Shown piece by piece: positions 16,217-30,007 of a stretch of 64,000 nt of DNA. This DNA comes from the human T2T-CHM13v2.0 reference genome, Homo sapiens. Position numbers and translations under genes: made by a program. Location of the stretch: the NCBI RefSeq assembly GCF_009914755.1, contig NC_060929.1; one strand, 5' to 3'. The notes under the pieces are model-generated. The model searched no databases, was not told where the DNA came from, and saw nothing but the letters and a program-made list of their open reading frames with translations. How positions within the stretch are numbered: the stretch's first letter is position 1; every line of letters starts with the position of its first letter.

Positions 16217-19200
16217 TAATATAAAAAGGGTTAGAAGACATTTCAAATAAGATTTTTTTCCCTAAACAATTTAATGACATGGAGAAATGTTCATGATATG
16301 GCCAGGATGGAAAAAAGCTACAAAACTAATAGAGAGTGTTCTGTCTTGTTATACGCACATATACAATTTTGAAGCCAAAAGAAGAAAATTCAACACGATG
16401 TTAATAACAACTGTTATCTCTTTATGGTGGTATAATGGGTGTTTTTAAAATCTCCTTCTTTATATTTTCTGTTTTCTATTATGTGTATGCCTTAGTTTAT
16501 AATTATAGAAATAGATTTTTAAAAGCATCGAACCTGGGATTTGTTAGGGAAAGCCCAGCTGTGATGTTCATAGTGTGTTTATTTCTGCTTTTCCTAATCA
16601 CTTCCAACAGTCTCCTGAACAGCCAAGAACTCAGAGGATTTGCCATGCAGAACCCCCAGATTTTATCAACTAAACAATTCACAGCAGACCTACTACAGAA
16701 GCACCTTCCCCAGGCACAGACAGATGGCACCCACAGTTCTTTACCCCAAGGGGAAAATAACCACAAAGAAAAAAGCCCTTGGCAAAGATGAGCATGGCAC
16801 TGCCCATCCCAGTAGGATGGACCAGCCGTCTAGCCACCGAGACAGGGCAGTGCCAGGTGGGCTGCTGGGATCTGTAAGGAAAGCTCTGTCAAGTGGAGAA
16901 AATAATCCTAATAACCTGTTCATCCAAACTGGGAAACATCATCTGGGCTCTCAGAAGAGCTTCTGTGAGAGGGCGAAATAGTAAAAGATGTCCAAATCCT
17001 GGTGTGGCTCTCTCCTCTTCTAGACGGGAAAACAGCTTTCAGGTTCCCACTGTTGAGCAGCCTCGGCTTCCCAGATGCTTTCCACGCAGTCTGACAAGTA
17101 TCCCACCCTAGCTGGCTGCCTTTTGCTTCCAGTGAAAATCCACGGAATCCCTTTGCCCTGCTTTTCTTATCTTATGCCCGTTCCCCTGGCATGCATGGAC
17201 ATTTTTTGGCCTCCACATTTTATAAAAGGTCTTACCAGCCGTATGTTGCTAGGATATATGGACAAAAATAAAAAAACAAGCCCCAGACCATGCTGCCCTG
17301 TGGTCTTCAGTCAGTGGGGGAGGGAAGAGAGACACCCAAGATTGCCCCTTCCCCTATTCTATAACATTCAAGTTGTGGGGGTCTCAGCTCATGCCCCCAT
17401 TTTTTTTAAACGTAAAGAAATAAATAGCATAAACTCCCATGGGAAAGTCGGATGGCAGCCATTTAAGAGAGCTGCCCTCTAAGGCAGGTTGGGGAACAGA
17501 AACAAGCCACTTTACATTTTTGGCAGCAGGACCAGGGGACTTCCACGAAATTGTGCAGAGATGGGAACTGGCTGCAGCCCAGGAGCCGAATTCCTCGTGC
17601 TGCTTCGCCCCTCAAGAACAAGTCACTTCTCCCAACCTTGTGGCCACAAGGACTCTCCACAGGAGCATCAGTGTGTGCCCAGGCTGGCCACCGCCACGAG
17701 TCCAGCCTGGCCATGTCCTGGTGACCTCTCCTAGCTGTAATGGCTGTTTCCACCACAAGGGGCAGCCGCGGCAAAGACAGGCCCATCACCCACAGGCCTG
17801 GAAGAGGAGCTGAGTAGAGTCAGGCCAAGGGACCTGCCATCCCCAGTGCCTCTAGCTTTCTCAAACTGGGCTCTAGCAGTCGCTGGGCCTGGTTAGCCAC
17901 AGGGAGAGTCCACCCAAGGAGGGCCTATTCGGCATCATGGTGAGCAGGCAATGCCCTCTGAAAGTACAAACCATTTTTTAATAGCTTAGATAACTGTGGG
18001 AATGCTTTGAGGGTATTTTAAATGATTTGTCTACTTGGAGAGACCGGAGTAGCCAGCATGCAACAGTCCTTACAAACAGAAGCTCCTGCTGGCTCACGGC
18101 CTTGGGCAATTTGCCTCAGTCTCCTCACCTGTAATACAAGGTAGAGAACCATATTCACCTAACAGGGAGTTTGTGAGAGGATAAAATGAAGTCTTGGCAA
18201 GCACACAACATGTTCTCCGTACATATTGAGGACACTGGTAGGGTTTTTTATCCTATTCGAAATAACAGGGGTTCAAGACAGCAATGGCATGTTGGAGGAA
18301 AATATAGGGGTGCAAATTGGAGAACACAGACAATGAATTCTACACAAGTTCAAGAACAGAAGGAAATGTCAGGGAAGAGGCGGATGAGTTGTGGTACTTC
18401 AAGGAGCTGCCGTGAAAGTTCCTGCCCAGGCAATCAGTCGGTGCACTGCAAATTGGTTTTGAGTTGGTGAGTTTGCACAGCACTGTGTTCTTGGCACCCA
18501 GCACAGCTGCTGGCTCATAGTAGGAGCTTATTAAGCATTTTGGAAGGATGGGAGGAGGGGCTTGTGATATAAGTAGCCATCTACTCAACATTTCCTCTGT
18601 GCCATGCATGGTAAACATTTCCACATAATTTAACTCTGGTTTTATTACTGTCATTTCACAGATGACATGGAGTCTCCAAGAGGTTCCCCCCCACCCAGCA
18701 ATCAGGCCCAATCCCCAACACAGCTTTTAAACAAAAGCAGCTGAGGCATTTACTCTGGTCAGTAATGAAAATTCAACATTCTTCTGTCACTGATGTAACT
18801 TATAGGGTGCTTTTCATATTGATTCCTTTTATCTTTGCATTTGAGGCTAAGATAAACCTGTATGCATTTAACTTACTTCAGTCATTTAAAGGAATAAAGA
18901 ACAAAAGAGAAGAATCTGTATTAAATCAGGCACAACAAGAGGAAGCATTTTTAACAAAACATTATGTTAAGAGCTTCGAGTTTCTATAAATCACCCCCAT
19001 TGAGTAATCCCCAAATTACTATTGTTGTGCTATTCAGTATCCTCCATCCATAACAGCTGATGAAAATGCACGACCAGGCCAAATACAAAGGTAGAACAAT
19101 TTTTTAACTTAATTTTGACTCTGCATTACTGAAACAACAAAAACAAAAAAATCAAAACCTTCCGGGATTTAACAAATTTAACTACAAATTACGAGTCAGA

Positions 19201-20489
19201 TCCTCTCAACAATTAGATGCCTGTAGCAAAAGAACGTTTCCCACATCAAATTTCCCAGATTTTTCATTAACAAATGTCCCCATGGTTCCGTCTTCAGAGC
19301 TGGAGCCAAAATGGAAACTGGTGTGAAACTTGGTGAAAATTTACGGACAGCAGATGACTGCGGAACGAGGAGGAGAGAAACAGGAAGGCGGCGTTTGCTC
19401 TTTATTTGGAATAATTAGCAAAGCAGAACCAGCTGAAGGCTGGCACCATGTACCTTACCCAAAGGTTGCAAGGGCTGGAATGTGCAAAGGCCACGTCAGC
19501 AAATGGTTAGGTGCAATTTCACGCCTCACCGCGCAGCGACACAAAGGGAACTATTTTTTTAAGTGCATCTGAACTTCAGCAGCACGGATGGGCTTTTTTG
19601 CTCCAAAGATTCCAGTTATCTTGAGAGCTGCATACCCTTAAGCTACAAGCACCGTTTTTACTTCAGGCTAGGTAAGATGCAAGTAAATTAAGGATTTCTT
19701 TCTATTCTTTCCAGAAAATAAATAAGCATTTTTGAATTTTAAGTGTTTCAGAAAACTGCTTTTCATCAGATGTGTGGAAATAAGTTTCTTTTCTGAGAAA
19801 GGTCAAGATGTATGTGGATTTGGTATTCTCTTCCTGGGCTGAGGCCGTGAGGTGGAGTGAAACTGTTACCGGGTCTGGAAAGGTGTGGGAGTAGGATGGG
19901 AGGAAAGGGCAGGAAAAGATGCAGGAAAAACCACAATAATCACGATAATAGGAGCACTCCCTGCATGCCACACCTTGTCCCCCGCACTTTGGAAACCGCC
20001 ACTGGGACCCCAACCTATGAGGCAGGTATTGTTAGTGTCTCTGCTTTGCCGATGAGGATGCCAGGGGAGAAGAAGTTGATGAACTCACTCCGTCACACAG
20101 CTGAGAGGCGAGCGGGACACAGGCTTCCCCAAGGATGCTTTCCAAATGTGCACGGTGGCCCCCAGCCCTGCCGCGGTGTAAACACAGGGGGTCTGGATGG
20201 GAACGGACGTTTTGTTTATAAACAAGGAAGAGCTCAAACATCTGGTCCTCCCTTTGTGGCTGCGGACACTGTGCAGGTATGAGCCCTTTGGCCTGCCTGG
20301 TCCATGCAGCGTAAATACCAGGAGGCCTGCTGCTCTTCGGAAACCAGCCTGGGCGTGCAGAGACCTCAGGCTGCAGAACGAACCTCTTGTTGTGGGCCTC
20401 CCGGCCGGGCGTGAGCACAACCACAGGCTCATGGGGAGAAATCTGCCGCCTCCCCAACACCAGTTGGCAGGAGCTGTTCACCTACCCCC

Positions 20490-20928
20490 TTTTACTGCCG
20501 TAACATACACATAACACAAAATGTACCATCTTAACTACGTTTAAGCGTACAGCTCAGCGGCATTAAGTGCATCCGCGATACCTTGTGGCCATCACCACGT
20601 CGACTGCCAGAGCTCTTTCATCTTCCCAAACTGAAATGCTATACCCATTAAACACTAACTCCCGATTCGGCACTCCCACAGCCCACACCCACCACTCTAC
20701 TTTCTCTATGAATTTCACTACTCTAGGGACCTCCTATGCGTAAAATCGTGCAGTATGTATCCTTTTGTGTCTGGCTTATTTCACTTAGCATGATATCCTC
20801 CAGGTTCATCCCTGTTGGAGCATGCATCAGAATTTTCTTCCTTTTAGGGGCTCAATACTATTCCATCATATGCATATACCACATTTTCTTTATCCATTCA
20901 GCCGCTGATGGTCACTTGAGTGGTTTCA
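20490..20928 (-). mobile_element. L1MB 3' end
   Basis: accatcttaac...taagcgtacagctcagcggcattaagt...ttttgtgtctggcttatttcacttagcatg. Confidence 0.85.
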
Positions 20929-21239
20929 ATGTGCACGTACCCCACTTAGACACAATAAATAGCTTCTTCCTGGTGTAACACACATGATTACAAGCACATT
21001 GCTATTCGTAAGGTCCAGCCCCAGGTTACCTGTGAAGGCTGCGGCCGTCACTCAGCCCTGACGTGGAAGTGCAGGAAAGCCGGCTCCGTGCTGCTAGAGC
21101 TTCCCCACTTCACCATTAAACAATAGAAAAAGCTGGATTTTTAAAGGGCACCTAAATTTTTAAATGGTTAATGATTCAAATGCTTTAAGACACTGCAAGC
21201 CAAACAAAACTGCCCCAGATGTTGGGTGTAGCTCTCAGA

Positions 21240-21400
21240 TCCCGTGAGGCCTCAGCCTTATAACAATTCCATGTGGCAGAGTTCTGTAGATGAGGAAGCA
21301 GCGCTTAGAGAGGTTAACTCAGTTGCCCAAGGTCACACAGTGGCTCTGTGCTTGAACGGAAGTCTTCAGCTCTAAGCTCAGTCTCCTTCCAGAATGCCAC
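21240..21400 (-). mobile_element. MIR
   Basis: gtagatgaggaagcagcgcttagagaggttaac...tgcccaaggtcacacag. Confidence 0.75.
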
Positions 21401-23339
21401 TGCTGCCTATGGAACAACGCCTTGTAAATGACAACACGGTTTTGATGCATGATCATTAACATGGATGAAGAGGTAGCTTTGAGTAGGGCCCTAAAAATAG
21501 TTCACTTGATTTAAAAATCATATCCAAAGCCCAGCCAGGTGGGGCCAGGGGTCTTATTAAGTGCTCCTGACCTCCCAGTGGCAAAAGAAAATAGCATTTC
21601 CACCTTCACAGCCTTGCACAGCGTGTACACGGAACCCATCAGAAAACAGGGGTCGGCCTTCCAGTTGTTAATCAGAACGCTGACAGGTGAAAGCTTCAGA
21701 GGCTGGGGGTTCGGAGATCCTGCAGCGAGCTCTGGGACTTAGAACACCAGGCTGTCGTTAACCCCTAGGGTGCAAAAGCCTGACATTCTTTAGCGTGACC
21801 GGACTCCCTAAAACTGGAGATGCTGGGCTCCTCTGGAGCAAGGAGGGTTAAATGGTGCATCTGTTTTCTCTCTCAGAAGGTCAGGAACCCAGGCATGGGT
21901 TTAAAAGCATTCTTCACACAGAGGCAGATAACCCCTCTGACATGGGCCTCCGAGCAAGCCTGCTGTGCAGCCTCGAGGAGGCCCTCCTGGTGGACAGGCC
22001 CACAGCACCCAGGGCAAGACTGGGCCACTTTCAGAGCCTGAAATAGGAAGAGGCCCACTCTGGCCTCAGCGTGCTTTCTGCCCCTCTCTAGAATATTCTA
22101 GCAGGCTCTGAGCCCTTTGGTGTCGGGAACGCAGCAGTGAACAGAAGAGCAAAGTCCCCGCGGGGTGGCGGTCACGTCCTCACGAGATGGGGAGGCAGAG
22201 TGATCGTGCTACACACGGTAAAGAAGTAGACTGTCCTGGGGATTCAACAGCAGTGAGTCCTCTGAGGGACTGGCGTGCAGGGGCAGGGAGATGTGGGGTG
22301 GTCAGTACCAACCAGCGGTGGTGTGGACTTGCCGCTTGCCTGGCTTCCTGCCTGCTCCGGATGGCGAGTCTAACTCGGCGCACACTTCAGGACACAAAAC
22401 ACAGTAGAGCCTCGGGGTGAGTGCACCTCAAGGCCATCGTGTCCACATCACCCTGGTCCCTCAGTCTCCCCTCTGCGCCACCTCTTTCCTGAATCCCATC
22501 CTGGTGAACGACCCCCATGAATCTCATCTTGGGAGACACACATCGGCCTCCAAGCCGTGGGCCTCAGAGGCATTGCAACGCAAACTCACTCCCATCTTCG
22601 CCGGTGTTGGAGGCCTTCTAAATGCCTCTCCAGCCTCCTCCCTCCTCTCGGCCTCCACTTCCACATCTTTAAAATGGGGGCATTGACAGGACCTATGGGG
22701 GTGGTGAGGATTTGATGCATCTGCAGAGCACAGAGCAGCGCTTGCTAGCCACTGGTAGTAGCAATGGTAGTTGTCACCATTGCTGTTGACATAGTAGCTT
22801 GTTTTGAAAAAGTCAAGTTCTTTTTTCTTAAAGCCGTCACAAAAGCAAGCCTGGACCTTTCGTCCTGTGTTGATTCTAAGGCTTCCTAAGCTGGAAGGTC
22901 CCAGCTCTCAAACTCAGCTACGGGAAACTGAGACAGGTCTGCGCACCCCTGGCCTTACTACTTTCCAGGGGCCAGAGGAACAGGATGTGAGGCAGCACCC
23001 TCACCTTGAGCCCTGATGTCAGAGGCCCCAGGTTCTGGGTCTCACCAGTCCAGGGACCCACGTATTGCTGTTTCCTGTGTCCCTGCTGCTGCGGGGGATG
23101 GCCCTGCAGCCTGCAGCCCCTTGGCCATGCTGGAAAACACCTGAGCCATGGTTACCATTCATCTGGAGCCAAATGGGTGTCTGTATGGGATCCATTACAT
23201 TTCCAGCCCAGCTGGGAAGGACTGTTGGAGCAGCTCTGGCCGTGCCAGGCTGGCCAGGTGGAAGGACAGCCACGTCTGGGGGTCAGCTGGGCACACGGAA
23301 GTCCGAGGAAGGCAGCAGAATGGATACCGGAGTTAGGAG

Positions 23340-23520
23340 ATGTCGATTTGTGTCCCTAGCCTAGCTGTGTGACTGCAGGGGAAGCCACAGCCTCAGTTTC
23401 CCCAGCTGTAAAATGGGGATAATAGTCCCTGTGTTGTTGATTTATTTTGGAGAATAAGTGACATTATATGTATATATATACGTAAAATGCCGTGGCAGCA
23501 CATACAACTGCTGTTACGAC
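23340..23520 (+). mobile_element. MIR
   Basis: ctagctgtgtgac...gcctcagtttccccagctgtaaaatggggataatag. Confidence 0.78.
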
Positions 23521-24647
23521 GAGGTTAAGTTGGAGAAACTCGTGAGAAGGTGAGTTGAGACATGTGGACTGAACCCTGAGCTGGGGTCCTTCTTTTATGT
23601 CCCCTCACTTGCACAGGGAGCTAGCTCAGTATTCTTTTTCTGACCTGACATCTTTAGGGACAGGAACAGGAACTTCTGCTGCCTGAACCACTGAGGCCTT
23701 TGGGAAGGTCTGGGACGCTGACCTCTCCTTGTAGAAATGTGTGGGTCTTGCCCTTCCCTGCCCCTGGTGGAGACCCTTCCACCCCCTTGGCCAGCAGCCT
23801 CTAAGTGACAAACGCTCCCTGAGTCTGCTCTGGGCCACGCTAAGCTGGGGGCTGGTGATGCAGGGTGACCCTGCCCCACTCCCTGCCTTAGGAAGTGTGT
23901 TCTTTAGCCAGACTACACGGAGGCAGTTTGTGTAGAGTGCAATCTGTGCTCTAATAGCTATGTGTGTTGTCTTGTTTAGGGGGCGGTAGTCGGAGGGAAC
24001 CACAGAGAGGAGGTCCCCATTGTGCGAGGGTTTGAAGGATGTGTGGAAATTCTCTAGGTCTCTCAAGCTTGCAGCTGTGTGTTGCCAAATCCCCACCCCA
24101 CGGCACACCCGCTTCGTGATTTCTGCCAGAGCCACAGACCTCTTCTCCTAGTACTGATTTAATTCTTTTTAATTGACTCATTTTTAAAAGTTATTTTTAA
24201 AGTAAACATTATACACTATGGTAAACAAAAAACCAGTTCCACTTGCCAAAAATAGAAAGAAACTCTAAAAATAAATACAAAGAAGGGAAGTTATGAAATT
24301 ATAAGCGGATACTGCAGCAGGCTGGAGTCCGAGGCCTGCCTTCCATGCTACTGACAAAGGGAAACTGCAGGCGCTGCAGAGGCGTTAGCGACACACGGGC
24401 CCCAACAGGAGCCTTTCTCCTGACACCACTGAGAAGGAACTGGAAGGCGGCGATGCTCTCTGGAGCGGACAGGCGTATTTAATATCCCACCCACGCATCA
24501 CCTAACAGCCTCTGGGGCGGTGTGTTCCTTATGTTGGGAGTGGTTTCCATAGCTGGAAAAGATGGTGAGAAATCTGAGTGCCAGAAAGAGAGCGCCGGCT
24601 TTGGGGTGTGCTTGTGTGTTCACGGAGGATGAACACACCCACCCAGA

Positions 24648-24817
24648 CCCCACCCAGACTCCAGCCAGAAGCCACGGCAAGCCGCCAGTGTCGAGCAGAG
24701 GGCCCCTGCAGGAAGATCGGGAAGGTCTAAATCCAAGCTCATTAATAGGCCAGAGGGTGAGAGAGAACACGGAGGTGCAAGACAGGGAGGGGATGGAAGC
24801 CAGCACGTGGGTCAAAG
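24648..24817 (+). repeat. 170 bp dispersed duplication, copy 1
   Basis: About 7 mismatches and no indels versus 26903-27072. Confidence 0.97.
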
Positions 24818-25164
24818 GGCGATGGACTGGGCTAGGGGTCAGTGTGATGATGGTGAATGCAAGAATATCAACAACCACGGCTCCGTCTCCTGTGGGCTAG
24901 ACACTGCCTGCAGGGCACGAGATGATTATTTCGTTTCATCCTCACCCTGCCTCCCTCATCTGCTCACACCCAGGCCTCACCCGGCCCCGTCCCTCTGAGC
25001 TGACCTCAGGCTGCAGGCCACACGCAGAGCAGCTTCCCCTCCCCTCGAGTCCCCCCAGGCAGCCTGGAGGGAAGGGCCGGGTCCGAGGTCACGGAGCCTG
25101 CAGCTCTCCTCAACTGTGTTCTGGGGCACAGGACCCCACATTTAATTTATAAATTCCCAACTTT

Positions 25165-25701
25165 TCAAATTAAAAAAAGTATTGTGGTAAAATATGCATA
25201 ACATACAATTTCCCATCTTCACCATTTTTACGGGTACAGCTCAGTGCATCAGGTGCATTCACACTGCTGTGCAGCCATCAGCACCCTCCACCTCCAGGAC
25301 GTTTTCATCTTCCCCTGCTGAAACTCTGCACCCATTAAACACCAACTCCCCACTCCCCCCAGCCTGTGGCACCCACCATCCTGGTTTCCGTCTCTATGAA
25401 TTTGACGACTGGGTGCCTCACATAAGTGGAATCATCCCGTGTTTGTCCTTCTGTGTGTGGCTTATTTCACTCAGCACCACGTCCTCAAGGTCCGTCCATG
25501 TTGCAGCACGTGTCAGAATCTCCTTCCGTCTGAAAGCTGAACCGCATCCTGTTGTGTGGACAGGCCACATTGTGTCTATCCATTCTGATAAACACGTGGG
25601 TTGCTCCTACCTTTTGGCTACTGTGAACAATGCTGCCCTGAACCTAGGTGTACAAATACCTGTCTGGGTCTCCGTGTTCTTCCTTTGGGGGTATACCTAG
25701 G
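25165..25701 (-). mobile_element. L1MB 3' end
   Basis: tattgtggtaaaatatgcataacatacaatttcccatc...ggctactgtgaacaatgctgc...gggtatacctagg. Confidence 0.88.
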
Positions 25702-26902
25702 AGGGGACGAATTCCTAACTTTGAACATGATTAGGCAGGAGCTTGTTACCCCTGGGACACTGCGCAGTGAGCAGGCTCCTGCGGCTCCTCTCCCGTCCAT
25801 CCCTCCCTGGTCCCAGCCTGGCCTGGGAGATGCACATCCTTCCTCTGAGATACTGTTGTTCTAAGCCCCACCACATTCTACGAAGCTCCATCACACACAC
25901 ATGCTGAAGGCTGAAACTCCAATTCTGCAGGTGCATCAGTTCCAAGAGTAGATGTTCGATGGTGAGGGGCCGATGGGCAGTCTGTAGCTGGGGCCCCGGG
26001 GAAAGACCACAGCTGAGCACTCTCGGGGGAGCCGGGCTCCCCCAAGCAGCTGGCAGCTGGGACCTGCCTTCATGTCCAACCACATTTCTGATGGAGCCCA
26101 GGGGACTTCCGCCAGCACCTCCCCTCTTCAGAGAGCCCCCGTCCTGTCTGCAGAGCCATCAAGAGGACCCTCGCCGAGGGAAGCTGCCTGCCGCTGGTGA
26201 TAACCAGAATCGGTCGTGGGGAGGAGGTGGCCATTCCCCCTGAAAGTCCTAATGGTCTCGCAGGGTCGGGCCACGGAACCGTCTCCAACCACTCATCCCC
26301 TGTGCAGAGGCCAGAAGGGAGCTTTCGTCATGCTAACTGGGTTTGATTTTTATCTTCCCAGGCACCTCCTCTCACTGGTCTTTCTCATGGCAATCATCAC
26401 AGTTCATTTAAAAGTATTTCCACCCCATTTGTCTACCGGTGCAAGCAGTCACTCTAGCCAGCTAAATCAGTCCCTTTAAAACTTTATCTTGCTAATTCCA
26501 AAGTACTCCATCACCTCCATATCCAGACACTGAGAGGCTCAGCCTGCAGACATCTGCCTAACAGAGCAGCTGGCGGGCTAAACACATAAATTAATGCAAA
26601 GTCCTGGTTGGTCAACACCTGGTGCAGCTCTTCCTCCAGGCACTTCTCAGGGACGAAGCTTGCTTTGAGCTGGCCATCCAGCGTCTGTCCCTCTTGGTCC
26701 GCTACCGTGAGCTCTTGACTCCACCTGGCTCCACGCCCCCTGCCCCATGTCTTCCCTTAGCCAGGAGCCAGTGTCCTTGGGCAAGCACAGTGCCCATAAG
26801 CCGAGCAGACCCCTGGAAACCCACCGCCAATTAGAACTGTTCCTCACTGGAAAGACTGCCTAGACAAACCACCTAAAACCCAGGACGTGAGGACTCCCAG
26901 CT

Positions 26903-27072
26903 CCCCACCCAGACCCCAGCCAGAAGCCACGGCAAGCCGTCAGTGTCGAGCAGAGGGCCCCTGCAGGAAGACTGGGAAGGTCTAAATCTAAGCTCATTAA
27001 CAGGCCAGAGGGTGAGAGAGAACACAGAGGTGCAAGACAGGGAGGGGATGGAAGCCAGCACGTGGGTCAAAG
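26903..27072 (+). repeat. 170 bp dispersed duplication, copy 2
   Basis: Direct repeat of 24648-24817, offset 2255 bp. Confidence 0.97.
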
Positions 27073-27578
27073 ACGAGGCCATGGGGGAAACACCCGCTCA
27101 TACGACACAAGCATCCTGCCTGCTGGGCTGGAAATCCCGAAATTTCCCCAGTATTCCTGGAAGCATCAAGGCTCCCACAGAATACAGTGGCACTTCCCAT
27201 AAGTCACTGGACCCGGATACCTCCTGTCTCAAAGGAGCCCACCGCCTCCAGGGCCCCACTGAGCGGCCGTTCATGCTGAGAGCTGCGCTGGAGAAGCCTG
27301 TGTGAAGCCTGCTGCGGTCACCTGGGAACCCTCAGGAGCCCCAGAGTGTGCACTTTTGTCCATTCCTAAATATTCCTTCCATAGACTTACTGTGAAGATC
27401 CAACCAGACCCTCTGAGCTTTGCTAACTCTCAGCTCTGTGCAGTGCACGAAGTGGTTCTGAAAAAGCATCTGCTCCAGTGCCTGGCTGCCTTGGGATCAC
27501 CTGGGGATTCCTCGTGTATTGGTCAGGTCCCTGCAGGAAACAGAGGGCACCCCAATGGCTAATTTGCAGAGCAGTTAA

Positions 27579-27975
<397 letters not shown>

Positions 27976-28445
27976 TGCTTTTTATATTTTCTGATGCTGT
28001 GAAACATCTCTGGGCCTTGCTGGCCAGGGAGAGACTCCCTTCCTGGGGCTAGCTAACTCCTAGAGATAGCAAGCACCTTGCCTTCGGACCTGCCTCTCCC
28101 TATCAAACCAACCAAGCCAAAGCTGTGCCCCAACCACCCGCTTTATGTAACTCTCACACCCCTGCCCTCATCACCCATGGGCCAGGTATGTGACAGCTAG
28201 AGACCAGCCCTGTAGCCCAGAGCCCACTGGAATTATTTGAACTGGCCAATCCGAACCCTGCTCAGCTTGCCTCGCCCCTCCCTTCCCACAGTCCATGCCC
28301 CAGCTCCTTCCACCCCCTGACTGACTCCGGTGCTTCCCCATATGGTCCTGTTGTGCTGTCGAATCGTCAGTAAGAAACTCTTCTTTCAAGCAGTTGTCTC
28401 CATGGTTGTCATCTTAATCCATGGCTGATTAAAATCCTGGGTGCA

Positions 28446-28583
28446 GGCCGGGCCTGGTGACTCACACCTCTAATCCCGGTGCTGCGGGAGCTCAAGGAGG
28501 GAGGATGGCTTGACCTGGGGAGGTCGAGGCTGCAGTGAGCTATGATCATGCCAGGGCAACAGCGTGAGACCCTGTCTTAAATA
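28446..28583 (+). mobile_element. Alu monomer (FAM/FRAM-like)
   Basis: Single diverged monomer; TSD aaaatcctgggt at 28431-28442 and 28584-28595. Confidence 0.85.
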
Positions 28584-28989
28584 AAAATCCTGGGTATTGT
28601 TTAAAACAACCCCAAGGACTGCAGGCGCTGAAGAGAGGAAGCTGCATGGAAAAGCTGTGGGAAAGGGGCTTGAAGGAACATCCCTTTGCTGATCCATCCT
28701 GACTTTCAGTCGAATCAACTGAGACCCAATGGGGAGCCACAGCCTATCCCAATGTGCACTTTTGTCCCAATGGGGAGTCAGCCTCCTGGGGCCCAGAGCA
28801 GGTGGATAAGGGTGTGGGGCGCACCTGGAGGAGCAAGTGAGGTGCCAGCATGCTTTGGTTCTACTCCAAGAAAGTCTGATTCCGGAGTTCTTGGATGGGG
28901 CCCAGTAATTTTTCTTAAATGCTTCCCAGCTATTTCTGATGCACAGTCAGATATGGCTTATACATTATGAAAGGTAAGGCACTGTCAAT

Positions 28990-29195
28990 ATTAATAATAT
29001 TAGCAACGGCTGCAGCAGCATCCATGGGTGCCAGGTGCTTATAATGCATCAGTCCTAATTTCCACCCCTTAAAGGTAAGTGTTAGTATTCCCATTTTGTA
29101 GATGGGAAATGTGAGGCTCTGGCTGCTTAAGTGACTTGCCCAGCATCGCACAGCTTGTCAGTGGAAGAGCTGGGATTTTTATCCAAAAGCCAGTG
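28990..29195 (-). mobile_element. MIR
   Basis: cccattttgtagatgggaaatgtgaggctc...aagtgacttgcccagc. Confidence 0.8.
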
Positions 29196-29278
29196 AACAG
29201 TCAGCCCTCCATATCCATGGATTCCACATCCACGGTCTCAACCAACCGCAGATTGAAAATATTTTTAAAAAATACACA

Positions 29279-29545
29279 GGCAGGACACAGTGGCTCATGT
29301 CTGTAATCCCAACACTTTGGGAGGCTGAGGCAGAAGGGTTGCTTGAGCCTGGGAGTTCAAGACCAGCCTGGACAACAGAGTGAGACTCTATCTCTACAAA
29401 AATTAAAAAATTAGCGGATGTGGTCACACGCACCTGTGATCCAAACTACTCAGGAAGCTGAGGCGAGAGGATCGCTTGAGCCCAGGAGGTCAAGGCTGCA
29501 GTGAGCTCCTGCAAGACTCTCTTCGCCATCCCCCCAAAAAAAATC
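29279..29545 (+). mobile_element. AluJ (damaged 3' end)
   Basis: J-type ttgagcccaggaggtcaaggctgcagtgagc. Confidence 0.9.
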
Positions 29546-29704
29546 ATAATAAAAATCACAACACAACAAAAAATCATACCAATAAAAATACAGTAGAACA
29601 ATATTTACATAGCTTTCACACTGTATCAGGTATTATAAGTAATCTAGAGACTTAAAGTATGAGGGAGGATGTACTTAGGTTAAATGCAAGTACACGCCAT
29701 TTGA

Positions 29705-30007
<303 letters not shown>

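Noticed and set aside
23755-23775. CTCF-like ccaccaggggcag on the minus strand
   Set aside because: One G short of the core spacing; not supportable without ChIP data
25194-25700. 168 aa ATG-initiated ORF
   Set aside because: Lies wholly in an antisense L1MB 3' UTR; GC drift likely removed stop codons
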